64,000 nucleotides of DNA from a bacterium (GCA_027620445.1 JAQBYG010000003.1:175-64174); one strand, 5' to 3'; counted from the stretch's first letter, positions 20,628 to 31,316 are shown. The notes: generated from the sequence alone by a model not told the origin. Translations and numbers: made by a program.

Positions 20628-22317
20628 GAAACAATACCTTCTGCTAATATCTATCCTACTCCTCGCTTTTACAATCCGCATCTTCATGCTCGACACTGCC
20701 CCCAGTGGAGCACTAGTCGATGAAGCTCACTTTGGCTTTATTGCAAAATCTTTACTTGAAACAGGTCGAGACGAACACGGAGTACTTTTTCCTCTGATTT
20801 TTAAAGGCTTTGGCGACGATAAGTTGCCCGCGATGGCGTATTTCATGACGCCATTTGTAAAATTGCTCGGACTCTCAATTTTCTCGATAAGATTTCCTTC
20901 GGTGTTAATTGGCACGGGCATCGTTTTTGCAATCTTTGCACTCTTAAGGGAGCTAAAGTTTTCAGCCAAACTAAGTTTGTTTGGTTCATTAATTGCAGCT
21001 ATTAGCCCATGGACATTTGTTCTGAGTCGTTTTGGTTTTGAGTCGAACTTGGCTTTACTACTGTTCATTATTGGCTTGATTTTTTTCTTTCGTTTCCAAT
21101 CCCGTAAAAATACAGCAGCAGCCATTCTCGCCGGCATATTTTTCGGCAGCACATGGTATACCTACATTGCATACCGACCAATTACAATAATTTTTGCAGC
21201 TTTGTTGGCAGTAATACTCTGGCGCACAAATATTTCAAAGAAATTGAGAAAGTCTTTCTTTATTTTTTTTATAACACTGGCGATTTGTATTTCCCCACTG
21301 TTCTTGCCAGGTGCTGTCAAAAGTAATGCTACCCGCCTCAAGCAAGTTGGCATTTTTTATGATCCAGGTCTGGTGATGAGAGTAGATGAAAACCGCACAT
21401 TTTGTGACATGAAGTTTGACCGCAATATTTGCGACATCGCATTTAATAAGCCAGTGGTACTTCTTACTTCCCTTTTGGATCGCTGGGCATACATGCTTTC
21501 ACCGCAGTATCTAGCCACACAAGGTGAGCTTGACCAACCAATACTCAATAGCGCAGGCTTTGGGCAGTTTTTTCCAGCCGCTTATGTGCTACTAATTCTT
21601 GGCTTGTTTGCCATTGTAGTTTCTACTCTGCTGGGAAAGGGCACCGTTCTCACACACTCCGTTCTGGTTGGCCTACTAGTGAGTCCCCTTCCTGCATTGC
21701 TCGTTGGTCAACCTCAGCGCGTACGACTTTCCGTGCTCTTTCCATTTGCACTTGTCACTATCGTGTATGGGTTGCAATACCTACTTCAATTGATTGTTCG
21801 CCCTGTATGGCAAAAAGTAGTAGTAGGAATAATCTTCTCTTCACTTATTTTTTATACCGGACTCTATCTGACTGATTTTTGGAGTGTGCACACCATCAAG
21901 CGCGAAGCATCATATGAATCCTATCTCCCAGGACTTTTTTCCTACCTAAATGAATACCCCATTGATGATGAAAATGTCGAAATTGTTTTCAAATCATTCT
22001 TTTCTGACCCATTGATGTTCTATGCTTTTTATACCGATATGGATCCTCATCAGTATCAAAAGTTGGCAGGACTCGGCGAGCTCGAAGCCTCAGGCTTTCA
22101 ACATACTACTCGATTAGGAAACATGAGAGTAGTAAATTCACCTGATATTATTGCACTCGGATGTGCGGGGAGAGCAGAGCAAAAACAAGTACTCCTTGTA
22201 ACTGATCAACCAGAGGAAGCTCCCGAACTTCATCGAGAGATATCGAGTAATGGTGTACACACCTATCTTTTTGTTTACGACGCAACTGGCGCCATCGTCA
22301 CAGGACAATGTCAATGA
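20626..22317 (+). CDS. GT-C membrane glycosyltransferase, ArnT/PMT_2-like, family 1
   Basis: LVDEAHFGFIAKSLLETGRDEHGVLFPLIFKGFGDDKLPAMAY. Upstream member of tandem pair 3. Confidence 0.7.
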   Translation: MKQYLLLISILLLAFTIRIFMLDTAPSGALVDEAHFGFIAKSLLETGRDEHGVLFPLIFKGFGDDKLPAMAYFMTPFVKLLGLSIFSIRFPSVLIGTGIVFAIFALLRELKFSAKLSLFGSLIAAISPWTFVLSRFGFESNLALLLFIIGLIFFFRFQSRKNTAAAILAGIFFGSTWYTYIAYRPITIIFAALLAVILWRTNISKKLRKSFFIFFITLAICISPLFLPGAVKSNATRLKQVGIFYDPGLVMRVDENRTFCDMKFDRNICDIAFNKPVVLLTSLLDRWAYMLSPQYLATQGELDQPILNSAGFGQFFPAAYVLLILGLFAIVVSTLLGKGTVLTHSVLVGLLVSPLPALLVGQPQRVRLSVLFPFALVTIVYGLQYLLQLIVRPVWQKVVVGIIFSSLIFYTGLYLTDFWSVHTIKREASYESYLPGLFSYLNEYPIDDENVEIVFKSFFSDPLMFYAFYTDMDPHQYQKLAGLGELEASGFQHTTRLGNMRVVNSPDIIALGCAGRAEQKQVLLVTDQPEEAPELHREISSNGVHTYLFVYDATGAIVTGQCQ

Positions 22318-24002
22318 ATACTTTTGGCATCTTTAATCGGCCTGGAGTTTTGTTATTCATAGCAATTTTTGTCGGCTTCATGTTACGCGTCTTACTCCTC
22401 GACTTTATTCCGCCAGGATTTAACTGGGACGAAGCATCTGTGGCGTACAACGCTTTCACACTAGCCCAAACCGGCAGAGATGAGTTTGGCAGAAGTTGGC
22501 CACTCATTATCGAATCATTTGGAGACTACAAAACAGGTTTATATAGTATCCTTTTGGTTCCGTTTATTAAAACTTTTGGCCTTTCAGTGTTTGTCGCTCG
22601 ATTTCCTAACGTTCTGGTGGGCGTCCTGACAATTATTGCCAGTTACTATTTTGCAAGACAATACTTTACTAGACAGCTTCCTGCCGCATTAGTCGCATTA
22701 TTAATTGCCATTTCTCCCTGGGCTATTCATGTTTCTCGTTTTGTTCTCGAGTGGCACCTGGGCATACCGCTTACAATTTTTGCTGGAGCATTTTTACTGC
22801 AAGCAAAAGAGCATCCAAAACGACTATTAATTTCAGCAGTTTTTTTTGCAAGCGCTCTGTACTTTTACCACAGCTTGAGATTATTTATTCCACTCTTGCT
22901 TCTCACACACTTGGTGCTGAATAAACACTGGTTCCTCGAACATAAAAAGGAGGTAGTTCTCAGTGCTGTTCTCGGGTTTTTTGTGGCACTTCCATTTTTA
23001 TTTTCAGCATTTTCAAATAACATTTTCGCTCGTCCTGCAGCTGTCTCTATTTTTAATGTTGGCAATGCTGGATTGGCAAGAGAAGGACAGTATAGACAGA
23101 CAGTGTCTCACCTGCCAATATTCGCACTTATAAATAACACGCCTACAGTCTACGCCCAAGAGTTCATCGCAAGATATCTAGCACATTACTCCCCACAATT
23201 TTTATTTACAGGCCAACTACAAGCCTCTCCTAGAACGGCGATAGAAAGAGTCGGTTTACTCTACCTCGTTTCGTTGCCTTTTCTAATTATTGGTCTCTAT
23301 GCATCAGCTCAAAAAAGTACAGAAAGAACGCGCCTTGCGTTCACTTGGCTCCTACTAGCTCCCGTAGCTTCGAGCTTGTCACAAGACTCACCACACGAAT
23401 TGAGGAGCCTCCTTTTTCTTCCCATTTTTCAAATTTTTACTGTATCAGGGATGTTGTTTGTCTGGAAAAAAGTACGCACTCAGAACAAATTATTGCAAAG
23501 AGGGTTTGTTGTAGGGATATTTCTCATGTACCTCCTGCAGTTGCTTTTCTTTCTCAATCGTTACTACTTGTTTTACCCAGAAGAAACTGCGTTGAATTGG
23601 CAAGCAGGTTATGCTGAGCTAGTGCAGCAGATACAAGATTACGAACCATTTTTTGATACCATTATCATTACCACTGGGTACGGGCAACCACACATATTTT
23701 TCGCCTTTTTTGGCACAATTGATCCGACGATATACCAACAAGCAATTCAAGATCAAAATGCTCAATTTAACGGCAGAATTGAAAGTTTGGGCAAACTACA
23801 TTTTGCAGAGGGATCTCCTAGTGATCTCTGTCAGCCGAACACGCTGGTTGTCACCACTCACAGAGGCTTAGATCAAGAATTCAAACCGTTTGATACGATT
23901 ACTACCCTCAATAGGTTTCATGAACCCGAACCACTTTTTAAATTTTATGCTTCCAGTGACCCTCAAATAATAGCAACATGCACGCAAAACTCAACGCTAT
24001 AA
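22308..24002 (+). CDS. GT-C membrane glycosyltransferase, ArnT/PMT_2-like, family 1
   Basis: NWDEASVAYNAFTLAQTGRDEFGRSWPLIIESFGDYKTGLY and PHELRS motifs. 10-nt overlap with the upstream paralog. Confidence 0.7.
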   Translation: MSMNTFGIFNRPGVLLFIAIFVGFMLRVLLLDFIPPGFNWDEASVAYNAFTLAQTGRDEFGRSWPLIIESFGDYKTGLYSILLVPFIKTFGLSVFVARFPNVLVGVLTIIASYYFARQYFTRQLPAALVALLIAISPWAIHVSRFVLEWHLGIPLTIFAGAFLLQAKEHPKRLLISAVFFASALYFYHSLRLFIPLLLLTHLVLNKHWFLEHKKEVVLSAVLGFFVALPFLFSAFSNNIFARPAAVSIFNVGNAGLAREGQYRQTVSHLPIFALINNTPTVYAQEFIARYLAHYSPQFLFTGQLQASPRTAIERVGLLYLVSLPFLIIGLYASAQKSTERTRLAFTWLLLAPVASSLSQDSPHELRSLLFLPIFQIFTVSGMLFVWKKVRTQNKLLQRGFVVGIFLMYLLQLLFFLNRYYLFYPEETALNWQAGYAELVQQIQDYEPFFDTIIITTGYGQPHIFFAFFGTIDPTIYQQAIQDQNAQFNGRIESLGKLHFAEGSPSDLCQPNTLVVTTHRGLDQEFKPFDTITTLNRFHEPEPLFKFYASSDPQIIATCTQNSTL

Positions 24003-25456
24003 CCAAACAACGGCTTGTGTATGCAGCCCTGTTCGCAGGCATTGTATTACTGCAAGTCATTTTCACAATGCTGTCGAGTGCATTCATAACCCACGAAGAA
24101 CTAGCCGAGTCAGTTCGCAATGTGTGGTGGTTACACAATAATAATATCTATGACGGAATCTCGAGCAATGTCGGCTGGTATATGTCAGTTCTTGCTGCAT
24201 ACAACCTATTCGGCTTTTCTCTCTTTATGGGAAAGGCTGTAAAATTGGTGATTTTTGCAATGGGATTGACATGTGCTTTTGATTTATCACTTAAATATGT
24301 TGGGAGAAAATTCGCCTGGGTGCCACTCATACTATTCGGACTCTCTCCCTCCCTACTCTATTTCAACACACTGCAAACAAGCTTCGCAATAGATGTTCCG
24401 TTCTTTTTTATATCAGTCTGGCTATTGGAAAGGTTTTCGACATCAAACAGAGTTATTATATTACTTCTTTTTGGTTTTGTGCTTACACTTGCGTCACTGT
24501 CGTACCCAGCATTTATTCTGTACCTTCCAGTTCTTGGAATACTTTTTGTCCACAGCATTCTCACCTACAAATCAAAACGTATCGCTATTGCAACACTCAC
24601 TCTCGGGTTGCTGCTACCTGTTCTGTTTTTGTTACTCTATTTGAAAGAGCCAAGCAGGCTATTGTTCGATCCCCAGGTAAACTCTGGCGTTTTTCGGGGT
24701 GGAGGTACGTTTCCAGACAATTGGAGTGAAGCTGCATCAAACATTCGCAGTGGAGCGCATATTCTCTACACGGACTTGTTTGTCGTTCCACAGAGTTACT
24801 ACTTTGATGCTGCTAGAAGTGAGTTTTCACATTGGATGACTCGATTCAGCGTCTACCTTGTTTTTATACTTGCTTGCGTGCACATCATCAAATCTCTGCT
24901 ACAAAAAAATTACTTCAAACTGTACATACCAGTTTTAGCTTTTTTTTCTCTGCTTGTCGGAGGCATACTTGCCAACTTAAGCAACTGGTTCCCAGGATTA
25001 CGCAGAGCTACGATTCTTTTGATTGCATTTTATGTTCTCATCGCGTGGTTATTCAGATTATTGCAAAGAAAAGAACTCGGACATATCTCAGCTATTGCTT
25101 TGATTGGGGCCTCCCTTATTATTATTCTCCACCACCTGAAAGTAATTCCTCCGTCTCTTGCCGCTTTATCCGTTGCCAATAAAAATTCTGAGCTGGCTTG
25201 CTTTAACATCTCAGGTGCGTATCCCGCGGAATCTCTAGAAATGCTACGCGCACAGATGCAGCTTGGCGGCACGCTTGACCTGAGTCTAGTACCGAATGCT
25301 AATGACTGTCGTTTGGCAGAAATTTACACCGCAATAGCTAGTGATTGCTACTGGAATGAGAGGGATTGCAAACTCATTCTGTGGCATGACGAGAAATCAA
25401 ACAAAACTATCCCATTGCAAACAACTCTGTGGGATTCATACTACTTCCCACATTAA
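23978..25456 (+). CDS. Polytopic membrane protein of unknown family (possible GT-C glycosyltransferase or polymerase/ligase)
   Basis: 492 aa, at least 10 hydrophobic segments, no recognised motif. It is embedded between GT-C genes. Confidence 0.4.
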   Translation: MHAKLNAITKQRLVYAALFAGIVLLQVIFTMLSSAFITHEELAESVRNVWWLHNNNIYDGISSNVGWYMSVLAAYNLFGFSLFMGKAVKLVIFAMGLTCAFDLSLKYVGRKFAWVPLILFGLSPSLLYFNTLQTSFAIDVPFFFISVWLLERFSTSNRVIILLLFGFVLTLASLSYPAFILYLPVLGILFVHSILTYKSKRIAIATLTLGLLLPVLFLLLYLKEPSRLLFDPQVNSGVFRGGGTFPDNWSEAASNIRSGAHILYTDLFVVPQSYYFDAARSEFSHWMTRFSVYLVFILACVHIIKSLLQKNYFKLYIPVLAFFSLLVGGILANLSNWFPGLRRATILLIAFYVLIAWLFRLLQRKELGHISAIALIGASLIIILHHLKVIPPSLAALSVANKNSELACFNISGAYPAESLEMLRAQMQLGGTLDLSLVPNANDCRLAEIYTAIASDCYWNERDCKLILWHDEKSNKTIPLQTTLWDSYYFPH

Positions 25457-27084
25457 TAAGTGATTGCCTGTCCCCCAACCATCACAGTCCAAGAAGTTTG
25501 GTCAGAATCTGGTGTAGCCAGAATCCTCACTGCATCACTCTGGGGCAGATCACTTTCAGAGTTAAAAAAGCGAATAGCATTAAACTCTAAAAACTCTCCC
25601 TGATCTTTCTTCACAAACTCGTCTGCAGCCTGTACCAAAGCTGGATCTGTCTTCGTAAAAAACCAGTAGTACATCGCCGGCCTACCAGCTGCTCGCGAAA
25701 CATACACCGGCAAATCTGGATGCTCGAGCATAGTCTTTTCGAGCGACGAAATCATGTCTGAATACCCATACTGCCACTCTCTTGCCGAAATTGTTGGGTA
25801 CACTTTGCTGTAATACAACCAAAATGAGCTGAGTTCGGCTGCATAGATGCTAATAATTGCCAATGTTAGTAGTGACAAGCGAATTTTGTGTGGCCGAAAC
25901 ATACTCACGAGCACTTCTATTCCCTCAGCAATCACGAGGACCAAAACAGGAAACAAGGTCATACTGCGCAATGCATGAGGTGCCCCGGTGCTGATAGAAG
26001 CCGGTAACACTGCAACTACCGCGACTATGAGAAGCAATGCTCGCAAAGCGTCGCGCTTCTTCATCCAAACAAAAAACCCAATCACAACAAAAAGTAACTC
26101 TACATGATAAAGATGGCCAAAAAACTGCACTGAGTGACGTACCTGTGAATCACCTGACTGAAACAAATACTGTGGTGAAAAATGAGCCAAGGCATTACTC
26201 AAAATTTCTTTTCCAAACAACACAGAGCGATGATAAATCAGTCGAGAAACAAATGAATAATCTGCTTGCTCGCGCAAATCGTTGCTTTCAAGAATGATAG
26301 AGACATCGCTAAAGATACTGGTCTCGCGCGAGCGTTGCAAAATTTCTGGGGAAGAAATCTTTAACAATAACGGTACTACAGCAACTACTGCCAATAAAGT
26401 TATTGCCGCGAGTTGCCGCCAAGCGGAAGGAGCCAGCTTCTTTAAATCGAGACTCTTTGCCACAAAAACAACTAGTGCCAATCCAACCAAAGGACCGACA
26501 ATTCTTGCGGCATGATAGGTGTACAGCGAGAGTACTAATAAAAGAACTGCAGCAGCAAAGTTTTTACTCTTGAATTTACTCTGAGAGCCAACTGTCGCTA
26601 CTCCAAAATACACCCCCCACACAATCAGGGCTGTCGCCACATGCGCCTCCCACCCCGCTCGAGAAAAATGAACTGCCCATGGTGCTATCGCAAGAACAGC
26701 CATTGCAATAAGCGGATTCTGACCAAGCCGTTTTGCTAGTAAATAGATTGCAAACAACATGCTGATGCCTGCCAACAAAGAAGGCATTCGCACTGCCACT
26801 GCACTCAGGTCAAACAAGGTGATAAATGGAATGATTAGATAGGCATACAGTGCTGGCTTCCAATCCCCAAAAGACTCGAGCGCGACAATGGGTAAAACAT
26901 TTCCATGATGATCAGCGCCTGTTTTCAGTAGGGAGTACGCATCGTATCCAAGTGCCACCTCTTCCCAATACAGTGAAGGTGGGTTGGCACCAAATTGAAA
27001 TAGTCGTAAATACAGTGCCAGTCCGATAATACCGATAAAAAATACTTTATTTCGTAACATAGATCTCAAACCTTGGGTCGCCAT
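25453..27084 (-). CDS. GT-C membrane glycosyltransferase, ArnT/PMT_2-like, family 1 (WEE variant of the acidic motif)
   Basis: YWEEVALGYDAYSLLKTGADHHGNVLPIVALESFGDWKPALYAY and PHALRS motifs. Downstream member of tandem pair 4. Confidence 0.7.
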   Translation of the reverse strand: MATQGLRSMLRNKVFFIGIIGLALYLRLFQFGANPPSLYWEEVALGYDAYSLLKTGADHHGNVLPIVALESFGDWKPALYAYLIIPFITLFDLSAVAVRMPSLLAGISMLFAIYLLAKRLGQNPLIAMAVLAIAPWAVHFSRAGWEAHVATALIVWGVYFGVATVGSQSKFKSKNFAAAVLLLVLSLYTYHAARIVGPLVGLALVVFVAKSLDLKKLAPSAWRQLAAITLLAVVAVVPLLLKISSPEILQRSRETSIFSDVSIILESNDLREQADYSFVSRLIYHRSVLFGKEILSNALAHFSPQYLFQSGDSQVRHSVQFFGHLYHVELLFVVIGFFVWMKKRDALRALLLIVAVVAVLPASISTGAPHALRSMTLFPVLVLVIAEGIEVLVSMFRPHKIRLSLLTLAIISIYAAELSSFWLYYSKVYPTISAREWQYGYSDMISSLEKTMLEHPDLPVYVSRAAGRPAMYYWFFTKTDPALVQAADEFVKKDQGEFLEFNAIRFFNSESDLPQSDAVRILATPDSDQTSWTVMVGGQAITY

Positions 27085-28618
27085 TGCTCCCCATTACAAT
27101 ATGATCGGCTCGATCTGCCGGCAAGCCTTGACTTGGTGTGGCAACCACTAAAGTGTTGACCCGATTCAAATCACCTACAGAGATCCTATCAGAAAACTCA
27201 TATGTATTGAGTGATCCTCCCTGATACCAAATCGGGTTTGTTTTACGCACAAATAATGCGTAAATATACGGTTGGCCGTACTCACTGCTGAAGAGAATTT
27301 TATCTACCTTTGGCTTATTACTCTGTCCTAACTCAAACTCACGAGCAATGGAAAACGCTTCTATGTACCCATCTTGAAACGCAACAGCAGACTCTTTGGC
27401 AAACTTTGAAAAATACGCTTGTTCATATGAGATGAAGAAAAAGACATGAAGTAATACGAGTAATCCTAGTAGCGATTTTTGCAGCATTTGACCTTGCTTT
27501 GTTACTAGTTTTATAAGAAGCACTCCACCAACAACTGCTAACAAAATGAAACCAAGAACAGCAAACAGCCCTCTGTTACTATGCGGCGCCTCTGTAGCCA
27601 AAATGGCAGGTGCGCTGCCTACAACTACCAACAGTACTGCAAACATGGTTGCCCTACCCTGTTCTTTGAGCCAAACACTTAGGGGCAAGGCAATCACGCA
27701 CAAAACATAAGTGGTTGGGTGCAAAAATCCCCAAACTACACCCCCATCACGCAGTGTCGCAATGTTTTTACCAAGTAAGAGGAAAGCGGGGCTCAACTGT
27801 GCAAAAAAATTACCTACAAGCATTTGCAGCAAAGTAGACAGTGAGTAATTTTGATTAAAAAGTAAGACACCTGCTCTTGTGGCGCCAGGACCAAACAGCG
27901 AATCTCTCAAGAGCGGAATGAGTAGGAGTAGCGAAACCAAACCAATTAGCAGTATACGCAACACCGATTTTTTACTTGACTTGATCGCAAACAGAAACAC
28001 CACAATACTCATAATCGGTACAACAATTTTTGCACTGTGATAGGTGTAGATAGATGCCGAGAGCAACACAGCAGATCCGAACCCATTCACTAACCACCAT
28101 ACTAATCTTTTTGCTCGCAAGGCTCGGGCTAATAACAACCATCCCCAAACAGCAAAAGCTAGACTTAAACCAGATTCAAATGCTATTCTCGAGTAATGAA
28201 TGTGCCAGGGATTGAGCGCCAACATGCTTCCTGCTACTAGCGATAGCTCCACAGAAAATCTTTTGAAAACTCGTAATTCGTGCTGTAGAAGAATCCAACC
28301 CAGCACAGCAAAAACCCCAGCGATGGCGAACGACAAACGGACAGCAAATGGAGTCAGACCAAATAAATAAGTAAATGGACCATTCAAATAAATAGCTAGT
28401 GGCGCCTTGTAATCGCCAAACGATCTAAAAGAAACAGGCAAACGTACAATCCACTCGTCTCTACGGGTAGTCAAGATAGCATAACCGTTGTAACCGATCG
28501 CTGCTTCATCCCAGGTCAATCCATGAGGAACGCTGCCAAGCTGATAAAAACGAGTTGCAATGGCAAGAACCACGATCCCAAACAAAAACAAAAAAAACTT
28601 GCGTGACCACATCTGCAT
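27047..28618 (-). CDS. GT-C membrane glycosyltransferase, ArnT/PMT_2-like, family 1
   Basis: TWDEAAIGYNGYAILTTRRDEWIVRLPVSFRSFGDYKAPLAIY and PHSNRG motifs. Overlaps the downstream paralog. Confidence 0.7.
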   Translation of the reverse strand: MQMWSRKFFLFLFGIVVLAIATRFYQLGSVPHGLTWDEAAIGYNGYAILTTRRDEWIVRLPVSFRSFGDYKAPLAIYLNGPFTYLFGLTPFAVRLSFAIAGVFAVLGWILLQHELRVFKRFSVELSLVAGSMLALNPWHIHYSRIAFESGLSLAFAVWGWLLLARALRAKRLVWWLVNGFGSAVLLSASIYTYHSAKIVVPIMSIVVFLFAIKSSKKSVLRILLIGLVSLLLLIPLLRDSLFGPGATRAGVLLFNQNYSLSTLLQMLVGNFFAQLSPAFLLLGKNIATLRDGGVVWGFLHPTTYVLCVIALPLSVWLKEQGRATMFAVLLVVVGSAPAILATEAPHSNRGLFAVLGFILLAVVGGVLLIKLVTKQGQMLQKSLLGLLVLLHVFFFISYEQAYFSKFAKESAVAFQDGYIEAFSIAREFELGQSNKPKVDKILFSSEYGQPYIYALFVRKTNPIWYQGGSLNTYEFSDRISVGDLNRVNTLVVATPSQGLPADRADHIVMGSNGDPRFEIYVTK

Positions 28619-28619
28619 G

Positions 28620-29423
28620 TTATTTCATCCTCAGCATAAACCAATACGGCCACCAAAGAAGAAAGGAAATTTTTTGTAAAAAGGATGCATGTTTCCAAGT
28701 AAAGTACTGGCCGTGTTCCCAACTTTTTTGCTCGAGATGCTCTTGAGAAAAAACTGATGCATTTGTCGTCTCGTGTTTGTGTAGCACAATTGCTCTCTCG
28801 TCGAATAACACTCTCCAACCTCGCTTGCGAGCACGAAATGAAAGATCGACATCTTCCCAATAGGCGGGTGAAAATCGCTCATCAAACCCACCCAGTACTT
28901 CCCATTTCTGTTTGCTAAACAGCGCACTACCACCACTTGCCCAGGCAGTGTCGCCAGTTGTAAAGTCATCTGCTTTGTTGTGCTGAAATAATCCTCGATC
29001 GAACCACAACTTGTTTTTTCCACTTTTCTCCCCACCAACTTGCTCAGCAAACTCAAGGCATCCAACGGCAAAAACTGATTCGTCGTCTATGTATTTTCGA
29101 ACTACATCAAGGCAACCCTGTTGCAGAACAACATCGTTATTGCACAGAAATAAGAACTCGTTTTTTGCTTTGAGGACGCCGTAATTTACCGCACGTGCAA
29201 ACCGAACGTTTTGCTCTAATCTGTGCACGCGAACCTGCGTATGTCTAAACTCATTTTCAATTAAGCCCTGGGTGCCATCAGTACTCCCATCATCTATTAC
29301 GACCACCTCATCTTCAGGACGGAGTTGAGACAGCACACTAGGTAGCAATCTGCGCAGCAGATGAGCGCCGTTGAAGCTAGGAATCAGAACGCTGATGGCT
29401 CTTTCAGTTGACATATTAACCAA
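28620..29423 (-). CDS. GT2 glycosyltransferase
   Basis: ISVLIPSFNGAHLL...VIDDGSTDGT...CNNDVVL GT-A motifs. Confidence 0.75.
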   Translation of the reverse strand: MVNMSTERAISVLIPSFNGAHLLRRLLPSVLSQLRPEDEVVVIDDGSTDGTQGLIENEFRHTQVRVHRLEQNVRFARAVNYGVLKAKNEFLFLCNNDVVLQQGCLDVVRKYIDDESVFAVGCLEFAEQVGGEKSGKNKLWFDRGLFQHNKADDFTTGDTAWASGGSALFSKQKWEVLGGFDERFSPAYWEDVDLSFRARKRGWRVLFDERAIVLHKHETTNASVFSQEHLEQKSWEHGQYFTWKHASFLQKISFLLWWPYWFMLRMK

Positions 29424-30504
29424 TAGCGAATACTGTTCTCACTTGATTTGTAAAACGCTCTTCACCAAATACTTTTGCCCTCTCAATTGCAAGCGAACTA
29501 TGCTTTTGCAACATACTTGGATTAGCAATCAACTTGCTCGTTATGCTTGCGCAATCTTCTTGTGTCTCCCAATTGAGAGACTGTAATTCTGAACCCAATA
29601 CTTCTCTCTGTCCACCTTTTGCTACAACCACTGGTACAGCACCTGCTGCCATCGCCTCAACAGTCGTGATGCCAAAATGTTCCACTTGTTCTGGGTGAGC
29701 GCTTTCATCCACACCGAACCCTGTCGCGTGCCAATAAATGCTCGCTTTTGCGTACAACTCCAAAAGTTCTTGTCGTGAGCAACTGGTTTTTATTTCGATC
29801 GGCAAGTCAGCGCTCGCTCGACGTATCTTGTCAAGATAATCCGAGTTCTCAACCGTACCAACAAGAACTAATTTCCAATCAGATGTAGCGGGGTGTTGTT
29901 CTCGCATTAGGCGAAAATTTGCTACTAAAATATCTTGGCGCTTGCTATGCAATTGGGTGAAAAATCGACCGACATGCAGAATGATTTTCTCCTTCTGTTG
30001 ATTTAGCGAAAATAATTCAGAGGCTACCATGGGTTGTAAAACGCTCGACACCTCTTTGTTCCAGGATTTTTCAATCACCGATTTGGTGAACTCCGAGTTG
30101 GTATTCAACTCCCAAAACCGCAATTTGAGACGGTTGAGTACGCCACTTGGATATGAGGCGAATGGAATTTGCAAATGAACAATGTTCTTTTTTGCCAACG
30201 AAAAAAAGAGCGACCCATCACTTACCGCAAATAGATATGAAAACTGCTTGGTCCAAAGCAACTTTTCTAAGAACCCTGCAGTAGTTTTAATAGGACTGGC
30301 GACAAAAGAAACTCTCGCAAGCGACGCACCATAAAATCGTTCATATTGCTGACGAATCTGAAATTCATCAGGGCTAGAGTTTCGTTTTGGGAACGCAATA
30401 ACCACTTGTAACTCACTAGGAAGGTGCGTAGCAATATCAAGCAAGTGCCGTTCGCCCCCGCCAAAGTGATCAGGGAAATATGGGGAGAATAGACAAACTT
30501 TCAC
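29416..30504 (-). CDS. GT4 (group 1) glycosyltransferase
   Basis: FGITTVEAMAAGAVPVVVAKGGQREVL E-x7-E region. ORF track starts at 30588, but a GTG at 30504 forms a GTGA overlap with the upstream GT2 stop, and the protein would then begin MKVCLFSPYFP, typical for GT4. Confidence 0.7.
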   Translation of the reverse strand: MKVCLFSPYFPDHFGGGERHLLDIATHLPSELQVVIAFPKRNSSPDEFQIRQQYERFYGASLARVSFVASPIKTTAGFLEKLLWTKQFSYLFAVSDGSLFFSLAKKNIVHLQIPFASYPSGVLNRLKLRFWELNTNSEFTKSVIEKSWNKEVSSVLQPMVASELFSLNQQKEKIILHVGRFFTQLHSKRQDILVANFRLMREQHPATSDWKLVLVGTVENSDYLDKIRRASADLPIEIKTSCSRQELLELYAKASIYWHATGFGVDESAHPEQVEHFGITTVEAMAAGAVPVVVAKGGQREVLGSELQSLNWETQEDCASITSKLIANPSMLQKHSSLAIERAKVFGEERFTNQVRTVFAIG

Positions 30505-31316
30505 GATTTTTTTGACCAAAGGTCTGCTATTTCTTTTTCTGCGGCTTTGTATTGTTGCGGAATTGAAGGTTTTTGTTGTAGCTCCCAAACTTGCATGTAC
30601 ACCAACATTTTATTAATCCCTTGGGTTATCGCCTCCATCATTCCCGCCTGACCATCACTATAACCTCGCCAAAAAAAGCCTCGTCGCAAAAACTCCATAA
30701 CTCCTTTACGAATAACGGTTTTCGGCGTGACTGCAAAAGTAATTGCCTCACTCAGTAACTGCGCTTCAAGCCCAGTCCAAACTGCGCTCTTCAGCAAGCC
30801 GGCCGCCACAGACCGGTGTGTCAGATGTACAAGAGGAATGTGTAAGCGTGCAGCGGTTCCCTCATAATCTGGGCTTTCATGCACAACGCCTTTCCACTCC
30901 TTCAAACTTGTCTTGCGAAATACTCGGGTAACTAAATCTGGCGACCAACCACCAGCTGAGAAGGCTTGACCAAAAAAAATGTTCTTACGCTCAAGCTGCA
31001 ACGCTGTATCTGTACCCGTCTCCATGTGTACTTGTATCTCTTTAGCCAACTGTGGCAAAATCCGCTCGTCGGCATCAAGATACAGCAACCAATCTGTCTC
31101 AACATACTTAAGTGCCTCATTTCGAAGTCGCGAAAAAGAAGAGTGAGCAAATGAGACCACTTTTGCTCCAAATTGTTCTGCTATTTTTGGCGTGTCATCG
31201 GTTGAACCTGAGTCGATCACGAGCACTTGATCACACCAACGAACTGTATTGAGACAAGCTTCAAGCATCTCGGCCTCGTTTTTTGCAATAATGACTGCTG
31301 TAATCTTTTCTTGCAT
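30501..31316 (-). CDS. GT2 glycosyltransferase (paralog of 6320 and 32244)
   Basis: ITAVIIAKNEAEML...VIDSGSTDDT...LDADERI. Confidence 0.75.
   Translation of the reverse strand: MQEKITAVIIAKNEAEMLEACLNTVRWCDQVLVIDSGSTDDTPKIAEQFGAKVVSFAHSSFSRLRNEALKYVETDWLLYLDADERILPQLAKEIQVHMETGTDTALQLERKNIFFGQAFSAGGWSPDLVTRVFRKTSLKEWKGVVHESPDYEGTAARLHIPLVHLTHRSVAAGLLKSAVWTGLEAQLLSEAITFAVTPKTVIRKGVMEFLRRGFFWRGYSDGQAGMMEAITQGINKMLVYMQVWELQQKPSIPQQYKAAEKEIADLWSKKS

Noticed and set aside
20727-21152. 141-aa ORF on the minus strand inside GT-C gene 20626-22317
   Set aside because: It lies entirely antisense within a well-supported 563-aa membrane protein gene, and its basic low-complexity translation is typical of an antisense frame of a Phe/Leu-rich gene. 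The same reasoning applies to the other short ORFs in the track nested in larger genes, e.g. 1903-2238, 2920-3207, 9923-10243, 28631-29071, 47132-47566 and 50409-50885.
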